Source: Williopsis jadinii
Lineage: Eukaryota
Direction of reading: 5' to 3'
DNA: 64,000 nucleotides
Assembly (NCBI GenBank): GCA_024346625.1
Contig: AP024668.1
Span: forward strand, 62,001-126,000
Shown: one piece after another, positions 30,493 to 41,270 of the stretch
Position numbering within the stretch: the stretch's first letter is position 1
Layout of the letters: every line of letters starts with the position of its first letter
Position numbers and translations under genes: made by a program
The notes under the pieces: generated by a model
Database searches by the model: none
The model's input: the letters and a program-made list of their open reading frames with translations, nothing else
Told to the model about the DNA's origin: nothing

Positions 30493-33400
30493 ATGAGCGA
30501 TCAACTCAGAACACTTAGACAGCCATTTACCGCTGAAGAGCAGAGACAATACGACTCCCTTTTCCGTGAGCTGGATAAGGACGGCACAGGGGTGGTTGTC
30601 GGTGAAGATGCCCGGGCAACTTTTGAGAAGAGTGGGTTAGCGCCAATGATTTTGGGAGAGATTTGGCAATTAGCGGACCCTACCAACCTGGGTTACTTGA
30701 CACAGTTTGGGTTCAACGTTGCGCTTAGACTTATTGGCCACGTTCAGAGCGGTGCCAAACCTGATCGGGCGCTTATCGATATTGCCGGTCCATTGGCCAA
30801 GTTTCAACCACCGCAGCAGCAGCAGGCACAATTCCCTCAACAGACTTCACAGCAGGGCGTGAACGGGTTGCCGCCATTGACCAACCACGACATCTCCAAG
30901 TTTGTTCAACTGTTCGCAAGAAATGCCCCATCCGGGGTGATTTCTGGTGATCAGGCAAGGGGGATCTTCTTGAAGGCCAAATTGCCAACGAATGTTCTTG
31001 GTCAGATCTGGGCTTTGGCGGATCGTACCAATAGAGGTCAGTTGACGAGAGATGAATTTGTCATTGCGATGTATTTGATCCAAGGCTCTATTCAAGGTGC
31101 TATCAAGCAATTGCCGCAGTCGATCCCACAATCAACATGGGATCAGGTCAAATTCTTCCAATCGCCAGCTATAAGTGGTACCGGCTCCCCATCTTTACCA
31201 CAGAGTCAAACTTTCAGCCCTCAAACTACAGGTTCTCAAAGACCATCCGTTTCGAGGGTCCCATCCTCTTTTGCAAATGCCTCTAGTGATTGGACAATTA
31301 CTCCTCAGAAAAAGGCACAGTTTGATAACATCTTTGAAGGATTGGACAAGAACTCTCAAGGTGTTTTGGGTCCCAATGATGTGGCTCCGTTTTTGATGAC
31401 CTCAAAGCTCCCACAGGATGTCTTAGCGACGGTTTGGGATTTGGCGGATATTCATAACACTGGTCAGTTTACAAAGGATGAATTTGCCATTGCAATGTTT
31501 TTGGTTCAAAAGAAGATTGCAGGCTGTGAACTTCCAGAGATTATCCCGGACTCTCTGCTACCATCAACACACCCTGCTGTTCAACAACAACAACAACAGC
31601 AACAACAGCAAGCAGATAAGCCAATCCCACGCATCCCATCAAGAGATACAAAACCATCCGCTTTGAGTGATTTAGTTGATTTGAACGACGCATTCTCCTC
31701 ACCAAGCCCAGCTGGTACAATGGATTCTAGAAATGTCTCCAACTCCACCGTTAATTATACTCCTATCGGTACAAACTCCCAAAGACAATTCGTTCCATCT
31801 TCATCTTTTGGGCAAAATCTTCAAGCACAAAACAAAGAGGCGTCGCCAGTTACAAGTTCAACTTCTAATGCTCCTGTTGTAGCGCCTATCGTTGCGCCAG
31901 TTATCACGTCTCCTGTTGGATCTCAAGTACCAGCTTCTTCGACAACTCAACAGGCGTTTGGTAACGTTCAACAGAAGTCAGCATCTACTTTTGAACAGCC
32001 AACCCAAGCTGCTGCATCAGCTAGTTCAGGGTTTGTATCTGCAGCAGGCTCAGGAATTTCAGGGACCGCTATGTTGGCTGGTGCTGGTATCGCAGGAGCT
32101 GCAGGGCTTGCAGGTGCAGCGCTCTCTTCAGGTGCTGGTTTGTTCAAGAGCAACAATAAGAATGTCAACAATGACTTGCTTGCAGATTCGAACCCAGAGA
32201 TTTCTGGTCAGTTGTCAAAGGCCACAACCGATATGGCAAACTTGTCAAACCAAATCGGTTCCCTTACTACTCAAACTACTCAGATTCACGAAAAGCGTAC
32301 AAAGGCTCAAAATGAACTGGCTAGAATTACAGCATTGAAGACTGATATTGAGTCGAAATTGGCAAGGCTTAGAAGTGCTTATGAACAAGAAGTTGCGCAA
32401 ACTGGTCAAGTTGAAACTGCATTGACTGCGGCAAAACAAGAAAATGAAAAGTTGAGACAAGAAACATCTGTTGCTGAGGCTCAGTTCAATCAGGTTCATA
32501 CTCAACTCCAAACGTTACAAGCTGAACTCGAAGAGTCACATCAGAGTAACGAGTCTTTGAAAGAACGTCTAGCCTCTTTACATGCTGAACAAGCAGAGGC
32601 AACACAACAATTGGAAAAGACACAAGTGGAGTTGAAACAGTCAAAGAGTTTAGCTTCGATCAACTCAGAACAGGTTAATGTGGCTCAGATTACATCTAAT
32701 GGAATCAAGGCTGAGATTGCAGCATTGTTGGCTGATGCTGCGGAGCTTGAAACTCAACATAAGTCATATTCTGATAAGCAGCTTGAGTTGGATTCCCTTA
32801 AGAAGGAACTCGATGATAAGCAACAATCATTTGTTGAATATCAACAGCAATTCGATTCCGAATACCAAGCAAAGGATCAAGAGTTACAACTTAGAAAGCA
32901 ACAACAAGAGCAGAATGAAGCCGCAATTCAACAAGAGGAGGAACGCGTTCAGAAATTGTTTGTTGATCTGCAACAAAGACAAGCACAATTCCAAGCTGCA
33001 GAAGAGCAATTGCAACAACAACAATTTGAATATGCTCAAAGAGTTCAACAGTTTACGGAAAAGCAAATCAATGATGCAACAACCGGCTTTACAAGTGTTG
33101 CTGAAGACGTTGTTTCTCCAGAGGGTAATTCAAAGCAACCATCCGGTAATACTGCTGCTATCATCGGAGGTGCCGCTACTGGTGCTGTCACAGCGGTTGC
33201 CTTGGGTGCTGCTGCCGGTTCAATTGGTGGTGATACACAAAATGATGAGGCTAACACCCAGTTCAGCTCACCTGTTGGTGCAACCACTGATCAAACAAGA
33301 TCTGTTACTTCTGATCAAGACGTTCCTTACCCATCTCACTTGGAAATTGAGAAACAGGAGTCTATTACCTCATCGGTTCAAAACAATGCTCCACATTCTG

Positions 33401-34431
33401 TGCGTGGTGATGATATTGAAGAGACTGCTGTTACTGAACCAATCAAGGAAGAACCTGCTTTAGCTGAGAATGTCTTGAGTAAAGATTATAACTCTGAACA
33501 ATCCGGTAATGTGGGTACTGCTGCAGATGATCCAAGCTCTGGTGCTGGGTCTTTTGAGATCGTCGAGGCTCAAAAACCTGCCAACGTTGATGAGGAGCCA
33601 GCTCTTAAGGGAGCTTATCCTTTGCCGGGCTCTCTTGAAGGTACATCAGAGGTTGAAACTATTACCCAGAATCCAGCTGATGTTACTGAGCCTGCTAAAA
33701 CTGTTGCCTCAACTGAAAACACTGACTTTGATGACTTAGTCCCAGCGGCTGAGGAGGAGGAGAATGAGGAAGCTGCCCAAGCTGCCGCAACAGAAGTGGC
33801 ACCGAAATCCACAGAAGAAGAATTCCCACCAATAAAGGAACTTGAAATTGATGAAAGTGACTCTGAAGATGAGTTCCATGAGACTTCTGAATCATTGCCA
33901 CAGTCAACCCCAGCAAATGTTGCTCCTGTTGCAACTTCTGTAACTGCTGTTCCAGCTGCGCCTATTGCTGTGCCACCAGCTGCGAACGATGACTTTGATT
34001 TCGACGATCTTGAGGAAGCTAAGGAAGGTGATGATGAAGATTTGGACGATCAACACTTTGACGAACTTGAAGATTCCAATTTTTACAGATCGGATCTTGC
34101 TCAAGGAGAAGTCTCTGATCAACAGGGTACTGTACCTGCCCAACAGGGATCACAGGATAATGACGAATGGGAGCAGATCTTTGCCGGTTTCGGTAATCAA
34201 CCACAGCAGAGCGCACCTACTGTTGTTTCTCCTGTGCCTCAGGCTTCCCATATTTCCACAAACAAGACCACACAGGTCCATGTACCACCAAGAATTGCAA
34301 CCACGCCTCGTTCACTTGCCATCCAGGAGCTCACAGGTATGGGATTCTCTAAGGATGAAGCACTTGCTGCACTTGAAAGGGAAAAGTGGAATTTGGAGGC
34401 AGCAACAAACTACCTTTTAGACAATGCTTAG
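30493..34431 (+). CDS. EDE1: EH-domain endocytic scaffold Ede1 (Eps15-like)
   Basis: Three EH domains (LGEIWQLAD, LGQIWALAD, LATVWDLAD), coiled coil, C-terminal UBA (IQELTGMGFS...LEAATNYLL). Confidence 0.96.
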   Translation: MSDQLRTLRQPFTAEEQRQYDSLFRELDKDGTGVVVGEDARATFEKSGLAPMILGEIWQLADPTNLGYLTQFGFNVALRLIGHVQSGAKPDRALIDIAGPLAKFQPPQQQQAQFPQQTSQQGVNGLPPLTNHDISKFVQLFARNAPSGVISGDQARGIFLKAKLPTNVLGQIWALADRTNRGQLTRDEFVIAMYLIQGSIQGAIKQLPQSIPQSTWDQVKFFQSPAISGTGSPSLPQSQTFSPQTTGSQRPSVSRVPSSFANASSDWTITPQKKAQFDNIFEGLDKNSQGVLGPNDVAPFLMTSKLPQDVLATVWDLADIHNTGQFTKDEFAIAMFLVQKKIAGCELPEIIPDSLLPSTHPAVQQQQQQQQQQADKPIPRIPSRDTKPSALSDLVDLNDAFSSPSPAGTMDSRNVSNSTVNYTPIGTNSQRQFVPSSSFGQNLQAQNKEASPVTSSTSNAPVVAPIVAPVITSPVGSQVPASSTTQQAFGNVQQKSASTFEQPTQAAASASSGFVSAAGSGISGTAMLAGAGIAGAAGLAGAALSSGAGLFKSNNKNVNNDLLADSNPEISGQLSKATTDMANLSNQIGSLTTQTTQIHEKRTKAQNELARITALKTDIESKLARLRSAYEQEVAQTGQVETALTAAKQENEKLRQETSVAEAQFNQVHTQLQTLQAELEESHQSNESLKERLASLHAEQAEATQQLEKTQVELKQSKSLASINSEQVNVAQITSNGIKAEIAALLADAAELETQHKSYSDKQLELDSLKKELDDKQQSFVEYQQQFDSEYQAKDQELQLRKQQQEQNEAAIQQEEERVQKLFVDLQQRQAQFQAAEEQLQQQQFEYAQRVQQFTEKQINDATTGFTSVAEDVVSPEGNSKQPSGNTAAIIGGAATGAVTAVALGAAAGSIGGDTQNDEANTQFSSPVGATTDQTRSVTSDQDVPYPSHLEIEKQESITSSVQNNAPHSVRGDDIEETAVTEPIKEEPALAENVLSKDYNSEQSGNVGTAADDPSSGAGSFEIVEAQKPANVDEEPALKGAYPLPGSLEGTSEVETITQNPADVTEPAKTVASTENTDFDDLVPAAEEEENEEAAQAAATEVAPKSTEEEFPPIKELEIDESDSEDEFHETSESLPQSTPANVAPVATSVTAVPAAPIAVPPAANDDFDFDDLEEAKEGDDEDLDDQHFDELEDSNFYRSDLAQGEVSDQQGTVPAQQGSQDNDEWEQIFAGFGNQPQQSAPTVVSPVPQASHISTNKTTQVHVPPRIATTPRSLAIQELTGMGFSKDEALAALEREKWNLEAATNYLLDNA

Positions 34432-34564
34432 GGTGTATATTATATAACTGATCTTGTAAAATAAAAATTATCATAAGCTACACATTTTTCATTATATTTT
34501 CGTTCTAGACTAATTAATATTCCGTGGTTTTTCATATATGATATTTACAAACAAATCTGTTGAA

Positions 34565-37500
34565 TTAAACTTGCTTACCACCGATGAAGTCACTCCAGCG
34601 ACGAACCTCAGCTGGGATCACAACTTTATCCTCTTCAAGTTGGTCGAGTTTGGTGTGAAGCTTCTCCTTCAAAGCAGTAGCAAACAACAGAGAAGTTTGT
34701 GGCTCGTTGAACAATGGAATACCAAAGTCAATAGCGTTACGACGCATGATGTAGTCCTCATCCAGCAAGTCCTCAGCTCTAGCACGAGCCAAGTTGAAGA
34801 CACCCTTGATGTCGTACTTTTGGAACACTTCACGCAAGGCACGCTTGTCCGTCTTTGGGAATTCGATAACCTCAACCTCGTAACCCTCTGGTAAACGTTC
34901 TTTCAAGTACTGGGCAACCTCTGGGGAGGCAGTGTAGTACTTGTAACCTAATGGGGCAATGGTCTTAGCAACATCACCCAAAAACTCTTTGGTCAAATCA
35001 CCACCAAATAACAGACCAGATGGTGGAAGTGGCAACTTGAAGTTCATGACGGCTTGCAAAGCAGTCCAGTATGCCTCAATGGTATCCTTACCAAATGCTG
35101 CAATTTCACCCGTGGAGGCCATATCAACACCCAAGAATGGGTCGGCACCGGCCAAACGAGTGAAGGAGAATTGTGGAACCTTGGTGGCAACGTAGTCACG
35201 CTTAACAGACATCAAATCTTGTGGAGCAACCTCCTTACCCAAAAGTGCCTTGACAGCAACGTTGATGAAGTTTGTACCCAAGACCTTGGAGACGAATGGG
35301 AAAGATCTGGAAGCTCTAATGTTACATTCAATAACCTTCAACTCTGGGTGGTCAGGGTTGGACTCAACATCATGCTTGATGATTTGCATGTTGAACGGAC
35401 CAGTAATGTTCCAAGCCTTAGCAACCTTATCAGTAATGTCTTTCAATCTGGCCATAACAGCTGGAGACAAGTTCTGTGGAGGCAACACTAATGTTGCATC
35501 ACCGGAGTGAATACCAGCATTCTCAACGTGCTCAGAGACAGCGTGGACAAGAACTTCACCCTTAGAAGCAACAGCATCAATATCAATCTCTTGGGCACCT
35601 TCAATGAACTTGGAAATAACAACAGGGTGGTCTGGAGAAACCTTGGCAGCATTACCCAACTTGTCCTCCAATTGAGAAGCATCTCTAATGACAGACATGG
35701 CCGCACCGGACAACACATACGATGGACGAACCAAAACTGGGAAACCAACCTTAGCGGCGAATTCCTCTGCAGCTTGAACAGAACTCAATTCTTTCCATGC
35801 TGGTTGATCAATTCCAATAGAATCCAAGATAGAAGAGAATTTGTGACGGTCTTCAGCCTTGTCAATGTCTCTTGGGTCTGTACCCAAAATCTTAGCGCCA
35901 TTCTCTTGAAGGGAAAGAGCAATGTTCTGTGGCAGTTGACCACCAACAGAAACAACAACACCCTTAGAATTCTCCAATTCATATATATCTAAAACTCTTT
36001 CAAAGGAAAGTTCTTCAAAGTACAATCTGTCAACTTCGTCGAAATCGGTAGAGACGGTTTCTGGGTTATAGTTGATCATGATGGTCTTCTTGCCATTCTC
36101 TCTCAAAGCTCTGGCAGTGGAAACAGCACACCAGTCAAATTCCACAGAGGAACCGATACGGTAGACACCGGAACCCAAAACCAAAGTACCAAACTCATCA
36201 AACTTGACATCGTGCTCAGTGGCATTGTATGTAGTGTAAAGATAGTTGGTGGAGGCAGGAAACTCAGCAGCCAAAGTATCAATCTTCTTAACAAATGGCA
36301 AAATACCAAAGTTTTTTCTTCTAGCTCTAACTTCCAACTCGGTAGAACCAACAGCCAAAGCGATCTGCTTATCAGAGAAACCCAACTTCTTAGCTCTAGA
36401 GATGACGTCTCTGTTCAAACCAAACAAAGAACCAATACCCTCCAATTCTTTTTGCATGTCAACAATGTTTTGCAACTTGTACAAGAACCATTTGTCGATC
36501 TTGGTCAATTCATGGACTCTGTCAACGGTGTAGTTCTCATGCAACAAAGCTTGTCCAACAGCCAACCAACGACGGTCAGTTGGTTCAGCAAGTGCCTCAT
36601 CCAAGTTTTCAAACTCAGCACCTTGGAAACCGATGAAAGAAGAGTCAATTTGACGGATGGCCTTTTGGAAGGACTCCTCAAAGTTACGACCGATGGCCAT
36701 AACCTCACCAACAGATTTCATAGAGGAACCAATATCTCTCTTAACGTGTTGGAATTTAGACAAATCCCATCTTGGGATCTTGGTAACCATGTAATCCAAT
36801 GAAGGTTCAAAGTTAGCAGATGTAGTTTTCGTCACTGGGTTTGGCAACTCTGGCAAAGTGTAACCAAGAGCAATCTTAGCAGCAGTGTAAGCCAATGGGT
36901 AACCAGTGGCCTTGGATGCCAAAGCAGAAGATCTGGATAATCTGGCGTTGACTTCAATGACACGGTAATCTAATCCATCTGGTTGCAAAGCATATTGGAC
37001 GTTACATTCACCGACAACACCCAAGTGTCTAATGATCTTAATAGCCGCAGATCTCAACATGTGGTACTCCTCATCGGACAAAGTTTGAGAAGGAGCAACA
37101 ACGATAGAATCACCAGTGTGGATACCCAATGGGTCGAAGTTCTCCATGTTACACACAGTGATACAGTTTCCGACACGATCTCTAACAACCTCGTATTCAA
37201 CCTCCTTCCAGCCTTTCAAAGACTTCTCAACCAGGATCTGTGGAGCAAGGGATAAAGATTGGGAGGCCAAGTTTCTCAACTCGTCGGCGTTGTTTGCGAA
37301 ACCAGATCCCAAACCACCCAATGCATACGCAGATCTAACAATGATTGGGTAACCAACGTTTTCGGCAGCCTTCAATGCATCATCAACAGTGTCAACGGCA
37401 ATGGACTCGGCGATTGGGATGTTAATCTCGTTCAAAGCCTGGGCAAACAAGTCACGATCTTCAGATGTCTCCAAAGTCTTGATTGGGGTACCCAAAACCT

Positions 37501-38089
37501 TGATGTTGTATCTGTCAAAGATACCCATCTTGTCCAACTGGACACCAACGTTCAAACCTGTTTGACCACCAAAGGTCAACAGGATACCATCTGGTTTTTC
37601 CCTCTCAATGATGTAAGTAATGTACTCAGCGGTAACTGGTAAATAGTAGATTTCATCAGCAAGCGCATGAGACGTCTGATTGGTGGCAATGTTCGGGTTG
37701 ATGAGAATTGTCTTCTTGTCCGCCTCCTTCAATGCCTTGATGGCTTGGGAACCGGAGTAATCGAATTCACCAGCCTGGCCAATGGACAAACCACCAGATC
37801 CAATGATGAGCACCTTGGACACATCAACGAGTTGATGTGCATTCTCATCACTGAAGCCGGAAAGAATACCGGCTCCAGCATACGTAGCGGCCTGCTGTGC
37901 AGTGTCGGCTCTCAATGCCGCCGTGGTGGTCAATCCTCTTCTGGAAGTTCTGCTTCTTCCATTGTTGTTGCTGTTCACCACTGACACTCTGGCGGCGGCT
38001 CCGCTCACAGCGGCGGCGGCAGAGCGCAATCTTGGCGCAGAGGCAATTGCCCTCTTCGTAGCATTCAAACCTGAGCGTCTTAACAACAT
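34565..38089 (-). CDS. CPA2: Arginine-specific carbamoyl-phosphate synthase large subunit with mitochondrial-type presequence
   Basis: KVLIIGSGGLSIGQAGEFDYSGSQA, duplicated ATP-grasp halves, MGS-like C-terminus; no GATase or ATCase fusion; first ATG at 38089. Confidence 0.97.
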   Translation of the reverse strand: MLLRRSGLNATKRAIASAPRLRSAAAAVSGAAARVSVVNSNNNGRSRTSRRGLTTTAALRADTAQQAATYAGAGILSGFSDENAHQLVDVSKVLIIGSGGLSIGQAGEFDYSGSQAIKALKEADKKTILINPNIATNQTSHALADEIYYLPVTAEYITYIIEREKPDGILLTFGGQTGLNVGVQLDKMGIFDRYNIKVLGTPIKTLETSEDRDLFAQALNEINIPIAESIAVDTVDDALKAAENVGYPIIVRSAYALGGLGSGFANNADELRNLASQSLSLAPQILVEKSLKGWKEVEYEVVRDRVGNCITVCNMENFDPLGIHTGDSIVVAPSQTLSDEEYHMLRSAAIKIIRHLGVVGECNVQYALQPDGLDYRVIEVNARLSRSSALASKATGYPLAYTAAKIALGYTLPELPNPVTKTTSANFEPSLDYMVTKIPRWDLSKFQHVKRDIGSSMKSVGEVMAIGRNFEESFQKAIRQIDSSFIGFQGAEFENLDEALAEPTDRRWLAVGQALLHENYTVDRVHELTKIDKWFLYKLQNIVDMQKELEGIGSLFGLNRDVISRAKKLGFSDKQIALAVGSTELEVRARRKNFGILPFVKKIDTLAAEFPASTNYLYTTYNATEHDVKFDEFGTLVLGSGVYRIGSSVEFDWCAVSTARALRENGKKTIMINYNPETVSTDFDEVDRLYFEELSFERVLDIYELENSKGVVVSVGGQLPQNIALSLQENGAKILGTDPRDIDKAEDRHKFSSILDSIGIDQPAWKELSSVQAAEEFAAKVGFPVLVRPSYVLSGAAMSVIRDASQLEDKLGNAAKVSPDHPVVISKFIEGAQEIDIDAVASKGEVLVHAVSEHVENAGIHSGDATLVLPPQNLSPAVMARLKDITDKVAKAWNITGPFNMQIIKHDVESNPDHPELKVIECNIRASRSFPFVSKVLGTNFINVAVKALLGKEVAPQDLMSVKRDYVATKVPQFSFTRLAGADPFLGVDMASTGEIAAFGKDTIEAYWTALQAVMNFKLPLPPSGLLFGGDLTKEFLGDVAKTIAPLGYKYYTASPEVAQYLKERLPEGYEVEVIEFPKTDKRALREVFQKYDIKGVFNLARARAEDLLDEDYIMRRNAIDFGIPLFNEPQTSLLFATALKEKLHTKLDQLEEDKVVIPAEVRRWSDFIGGKQV

Positions 38090-38278
38090 AGCAACCAAGT
38101 TTAACTTAAGCGCCCTATTAAAGAAGAAAGCTCCTTGTTGTTGTGTTTTTCTCAAATTGTGGGAGAGAAGAGCAGACGATCGAAATTTTTTTTTCTTTCG
38201 CTCTTTGTACCACTGATAAAAGAAGAAAAAATTTATACGGCGGCGGTCATCGCAAAAAAAAACCACAAAAACGAACTC

Positions 38279-38667
38279 TGAGTCACAAAGTAATTATCGG
38301 TAGATGCACGCTGGGGACCCGCTGGCGCTGTAGGCTGGCGCTGTAGGCAGGGGTGTGCGGGCAGAAACAATAAACACCCGGTTGGTGAAGAAGAGCCATT
38401 GGAGGGAGGAGTAAAGAGATGGGGAGATCACAGGACGAGCAATCTTGGTTTTAAGCAGTCGGTGTTGTATCAATTGCTTATACTGAGTGCTGTGTGTGTG
38501 TGTTCTATATGAATTGACTGCTTTAGAGACATCAAATCACGCTTATGACGTACCTGCTGATGTTGCGCTAATACAAGTTTTCGTGGAGCTCAGCAGTGGG
38601 ACGGGCCTGATGATGTCAATGGGATTGCCTAACGCTGTGATCGTTAGGCGTACAAGACGATGAGTCA
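38279..38667. promoter_or_regulatory. Two Gcn4/AP-1 consensus sites (TGACTCA) upstream of CPA2
   Basis: TGAGTCA at 38279-38285 and 38661-38667; TATAAAT on the minus strand at 38231-38237. Confidence 0.75.
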
Positions 38668-38795
38668 GTGTGAATTCCGTGGTGTATGCTTGCTAGAGCC
38701 GTAGTGCTGGGTGCCCAATGCCTAATGATGGGTTTGTGAGAATCGAATGGTGTATATTTCAGTGCTGGTTTCCCATGCTGTTTCGTGTTCGATAT

Positions 38796-38870
38796 GGTGG
38801 TTCTATGGCCGGTGGTTCTTAGGCCGGTGGTTCTTAGGCCGGTGATGCTTAGGCGGGTTGTTCTCAGGCC
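38796..38870. repeat. 15-bp G-rich minisatellite GGTGGTTCTTAGGCC x5 (imperfect)
   Basis: GGTGGTTCTATGGCC / GGTGGTTCTTAGGCC / GGTGGTTCTTAGGCC / GGTGATGCTTAGGCG / GGTTGTTCTCAGGCC. Confidence 0.9.
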
Positions 38871-39025
38871 GGCGTAACGCGGCTTCTTAACAGCACCACA
38901 CCCGCTACAGTCAGAGCTTCAGCCAGAGCTTCAGCCAGCTTCAACCCTCACAACCTGAGACCTCATACGGGCAAGAATAATGCAAAAGACTAATTAATTG
39001 AAATGTATATACCATAAATAACGAC

Positions 39026-41140
39026 TCACCAGACCTGGAGATCCTCGATGTACTCCACTCTACCGTTGGTGGCGTCCAAGTTGTTGGAAACAGCGTATCT
39101 GATGTCATCAACCATGCTGCTGTGTCCGCAAGCAACAACGGCGGTATGGCCGTTGGCCTCTTGTAGATCCTTAGCGACAATCTCTTCCATGTTTGGTCTG
39201 CCCATTCTGAACTGGATGAAGGAAAGCTCCTTTGATGGCATCAAGTTACCCTTGTCCTCGTCATCGTGAGATTCGTTCTTCTCGGATTCATCCCCTGAAG
39301 AGGCCTCGGATGAGTGACCGCTGAGGTGTCTTGTGCCGTGAGAGGAAGATGGATCACTGACATAGATGATGACCTCGGCGTTGGTCTTCTTCAGCTCGAG
39401 AAGCTCATCGTAGAACCAATCAAGAGAGTTCCAGTTTCTGATGACCCAGTAGAACTTGACATGCTGCTGCACTCCTCTGCGAGCACAGTCTCTGATATAA
39501 GCGTATGACGAAGAGACACCGGTGGAACCTGTGTAGTACAGAGCAGTGGAGAATTTGTGCAATGGCTTTTGTTCGCCGTATGGACCTTCGAGAAGAATTG
39601 GGATCGTGTCAGTTTTGTTGGCATTCTTGATCACACGGTTGTAGATAACAGAAGTAACACCACCTTTGATCTTGGTGATAAAGGTAACAGTACCTTCGTC
39701 ACAGTCGATACAGGTGAAAGGGTGGGATTGCCAGAAAGTTTTTGGTGTCAAGTAGTGAAGATAACCGTACGATCCTGGGAAGCCCTTCCACAGCTTATGA
39801 CGTGGAACGACAACCTTCAAAACCTCATCAGAAACAACAGTGACCTGAGCTTTTTGAACACCAAAGTAGGACAATCTGACGATTCTGACGAAGCGGTCAA
39901 AGCACCAGATAGCAGCCATGGTGTAGGCGAACATTTGATACTCGAACTTTCTAAGATGGATCCATGTTCCGATAAGGAAAAACACAACCAGGGCAATGTG
40001 GAGCAGTAAGAAGACCTCATATTGAGTTCTTCTGAAGGCGTAGCTGGCTTGGAACATGATTACACCTGCACAGACAACTGCGACGGCACCCCAACGCATC
40101 CATGGAGTCTTATAACGAGAGGTCAACTTGCCCATTCTGTCGGAGTTGAGGTGATAAGCACCAGCATGTGCAACAACCAACAAGAAGTTCACTCTGGAGG
40201 TCCACTTGTGGAAGGTCAAGAATGTGCTCTGACTCCACCCTGTAATCCAAATGAGGAAGTTGTTTCTGCCAGCAAAGAGGAAACTCAGCAAGAAGGTAAA
40301 GTTCACAATAATACCAGTTCTGTCACCGACGTATCTTGAGATTTGAATGGTCTTATTTGGCCAGATGACGTGGTTTTCGACAAAAGTGTAGCCAACGGCA
40401 GAGAAGATAATGATGAGCACGGTGTATATGAAGATCACAATTGATTCAATTCTCAAAGGAATGTAACCTCCAAAGTACTTGAGGAAAGTAGCTGGCTTGG
40501 AATGTTTTCTGCCGAGCGTAGGAGACATCGAAATATATCTTCTAATCAAGTTGACTGGGTGTGACTTCAAGTTACCTGCAATGAAAACAGTTCTGTTCAA
40601 AACGTTGTAGATACCTCCAAGTAACACCATGAAGCCCCAGAATCCAATCAGACCAGCACCCATCCACATACCCCAGTCTTCATTCTTGTATCTAGCAGTG
40701 TATGAGTCGTAACCGATTTTGAAGGACTTCTTGTTCCACTGCACTGGAACGTACGAAATAGCACTACTGTTGAAACCATCAATAGTACTTGGGTCAACCA
40801 TATACTCAGTAGCGTTGTCATATTGCTTCTGGAGCTGTTGACGTGTGTAAGTCTTGTTGGCGTTCTCCTTACAGTACTCAATGACGAACTCGTCCATTTT
40901 CTCGTCGTAGACGGACGAGTGGTCATAGATACAATTCAACCAAGAACCGAGACCTTGTGGAGTTTTACAAACACACTTGTATGCTCTCTTTGTATCACCT
41001 GGACACAACATTGCCTTCAACGCAGGTCTACAGGACTGAACAATAAGCTCATCCTCAGAGTAGTGCTTGTAGCCATCACCAGCTGACGCCAATGGCAGGG
41101 ACAATAGAGAAAATGCCACCAATTGGTAATTCAGTTTCAT
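39026..41140 (-). CDS. Cell-surface ferric/cupric reductase (FRE family)
   Basis: Signal peptide MKLNYQLVAFSLLSLPLASA; heme His pairs (FHKW...AH, LH...H); FAD motif WQSHPFT; EGPYG; ACGHSSMVD; terminal EDLQVW. Confidence 0.95.
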   Translation of the reverse strand: MKLNYQLVAFSLLSLPLASAGDGYKHYSEDELIVQSCRPALKAMLCPGDTKRAYKCVCKTPQGLGSWLNCIYDHSSVYDEKMDEFVIEYCKENANKTYTRQQLQKQYDNATEYMVDPSTIDGFNSSAISYVPVQWNKKSFKIGYDSYTARYKNEDWGMWMGAGLIGFWGFMVLLGGIYNVLNRTVFIAGNLKSHPVNLIRRYISMSPTLGRKHSKPATFLKYFGGYIPLRIESIVIFIYTVLIIIFSAVGYTFVENHVIWPNKTIQISRYVGDRTGIIVNFTFLLSFLFAGRNNFLIWITGWSQSTFLTFHKWTSRVNFLLVVAHAGAYHLNSDRMGKLTSRYKTPWMRWGAVAVVCAGVIMFQASYAFRRTQYEVFLLLHIALVVFFLIGTWIHLRKFEYQMFAYTMAAIWCFDRFVRIVRLSYFGVQKAQVTVVSDEVLKVVVPRHKLWKGFPGSYGYLHYLTPKTFWQSHPFTCIDCDEGTVTFITKIKGGVTSVIYNRVIKNANKTDTIPILLEGPYGEQKPLHKFSTALYYTGSTGVSSSYAYIRDCARRGVQQHVKFYWVIRNWNSLDWFYDELLELKKTNAEVIIYVSDPSSSHGTRHLSGHSSEASSGDESEKNESHDDEDKGNLMPSKELSFIQFRMGRPNMEEIVAKDLQEANGHTAVVACGHSSMVDDIRYAVSNNLDATNGRVEYIEDLQVW

Positions 41141-41270
41141 ATTGGTTGACTCTATTGGTTTCTCGAGACGATACAAAGCAGAACAGACATTTTCCCTGGC
41201 AAAAGATAAAGCAATAACACAGCAATGTGTCCTGTATTTATATCCAACTCTCTCTATGGGATTCAGATCA

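Noticed and set aside
38090..38266. N-terminal extensions in the ORF track for CPA2 (likewise FRE 41141-41374, RSM7 28526-28741, RPN6 57816-57989, NUP53, the MFS gene and the Fob1-like ORF)
   Set aside because: They start mostly at non-ATG codons or run through poly(A/T) tracts, TATA boxes or microsatellites; downstream ATGs give proper targeting peptides or good start context.
39020..39035. GTGAGT donor-like sequence overlapping the FRE stop codon
   Set aside because: FRE proteins normally end at E..Q.W, and no branch point follows.
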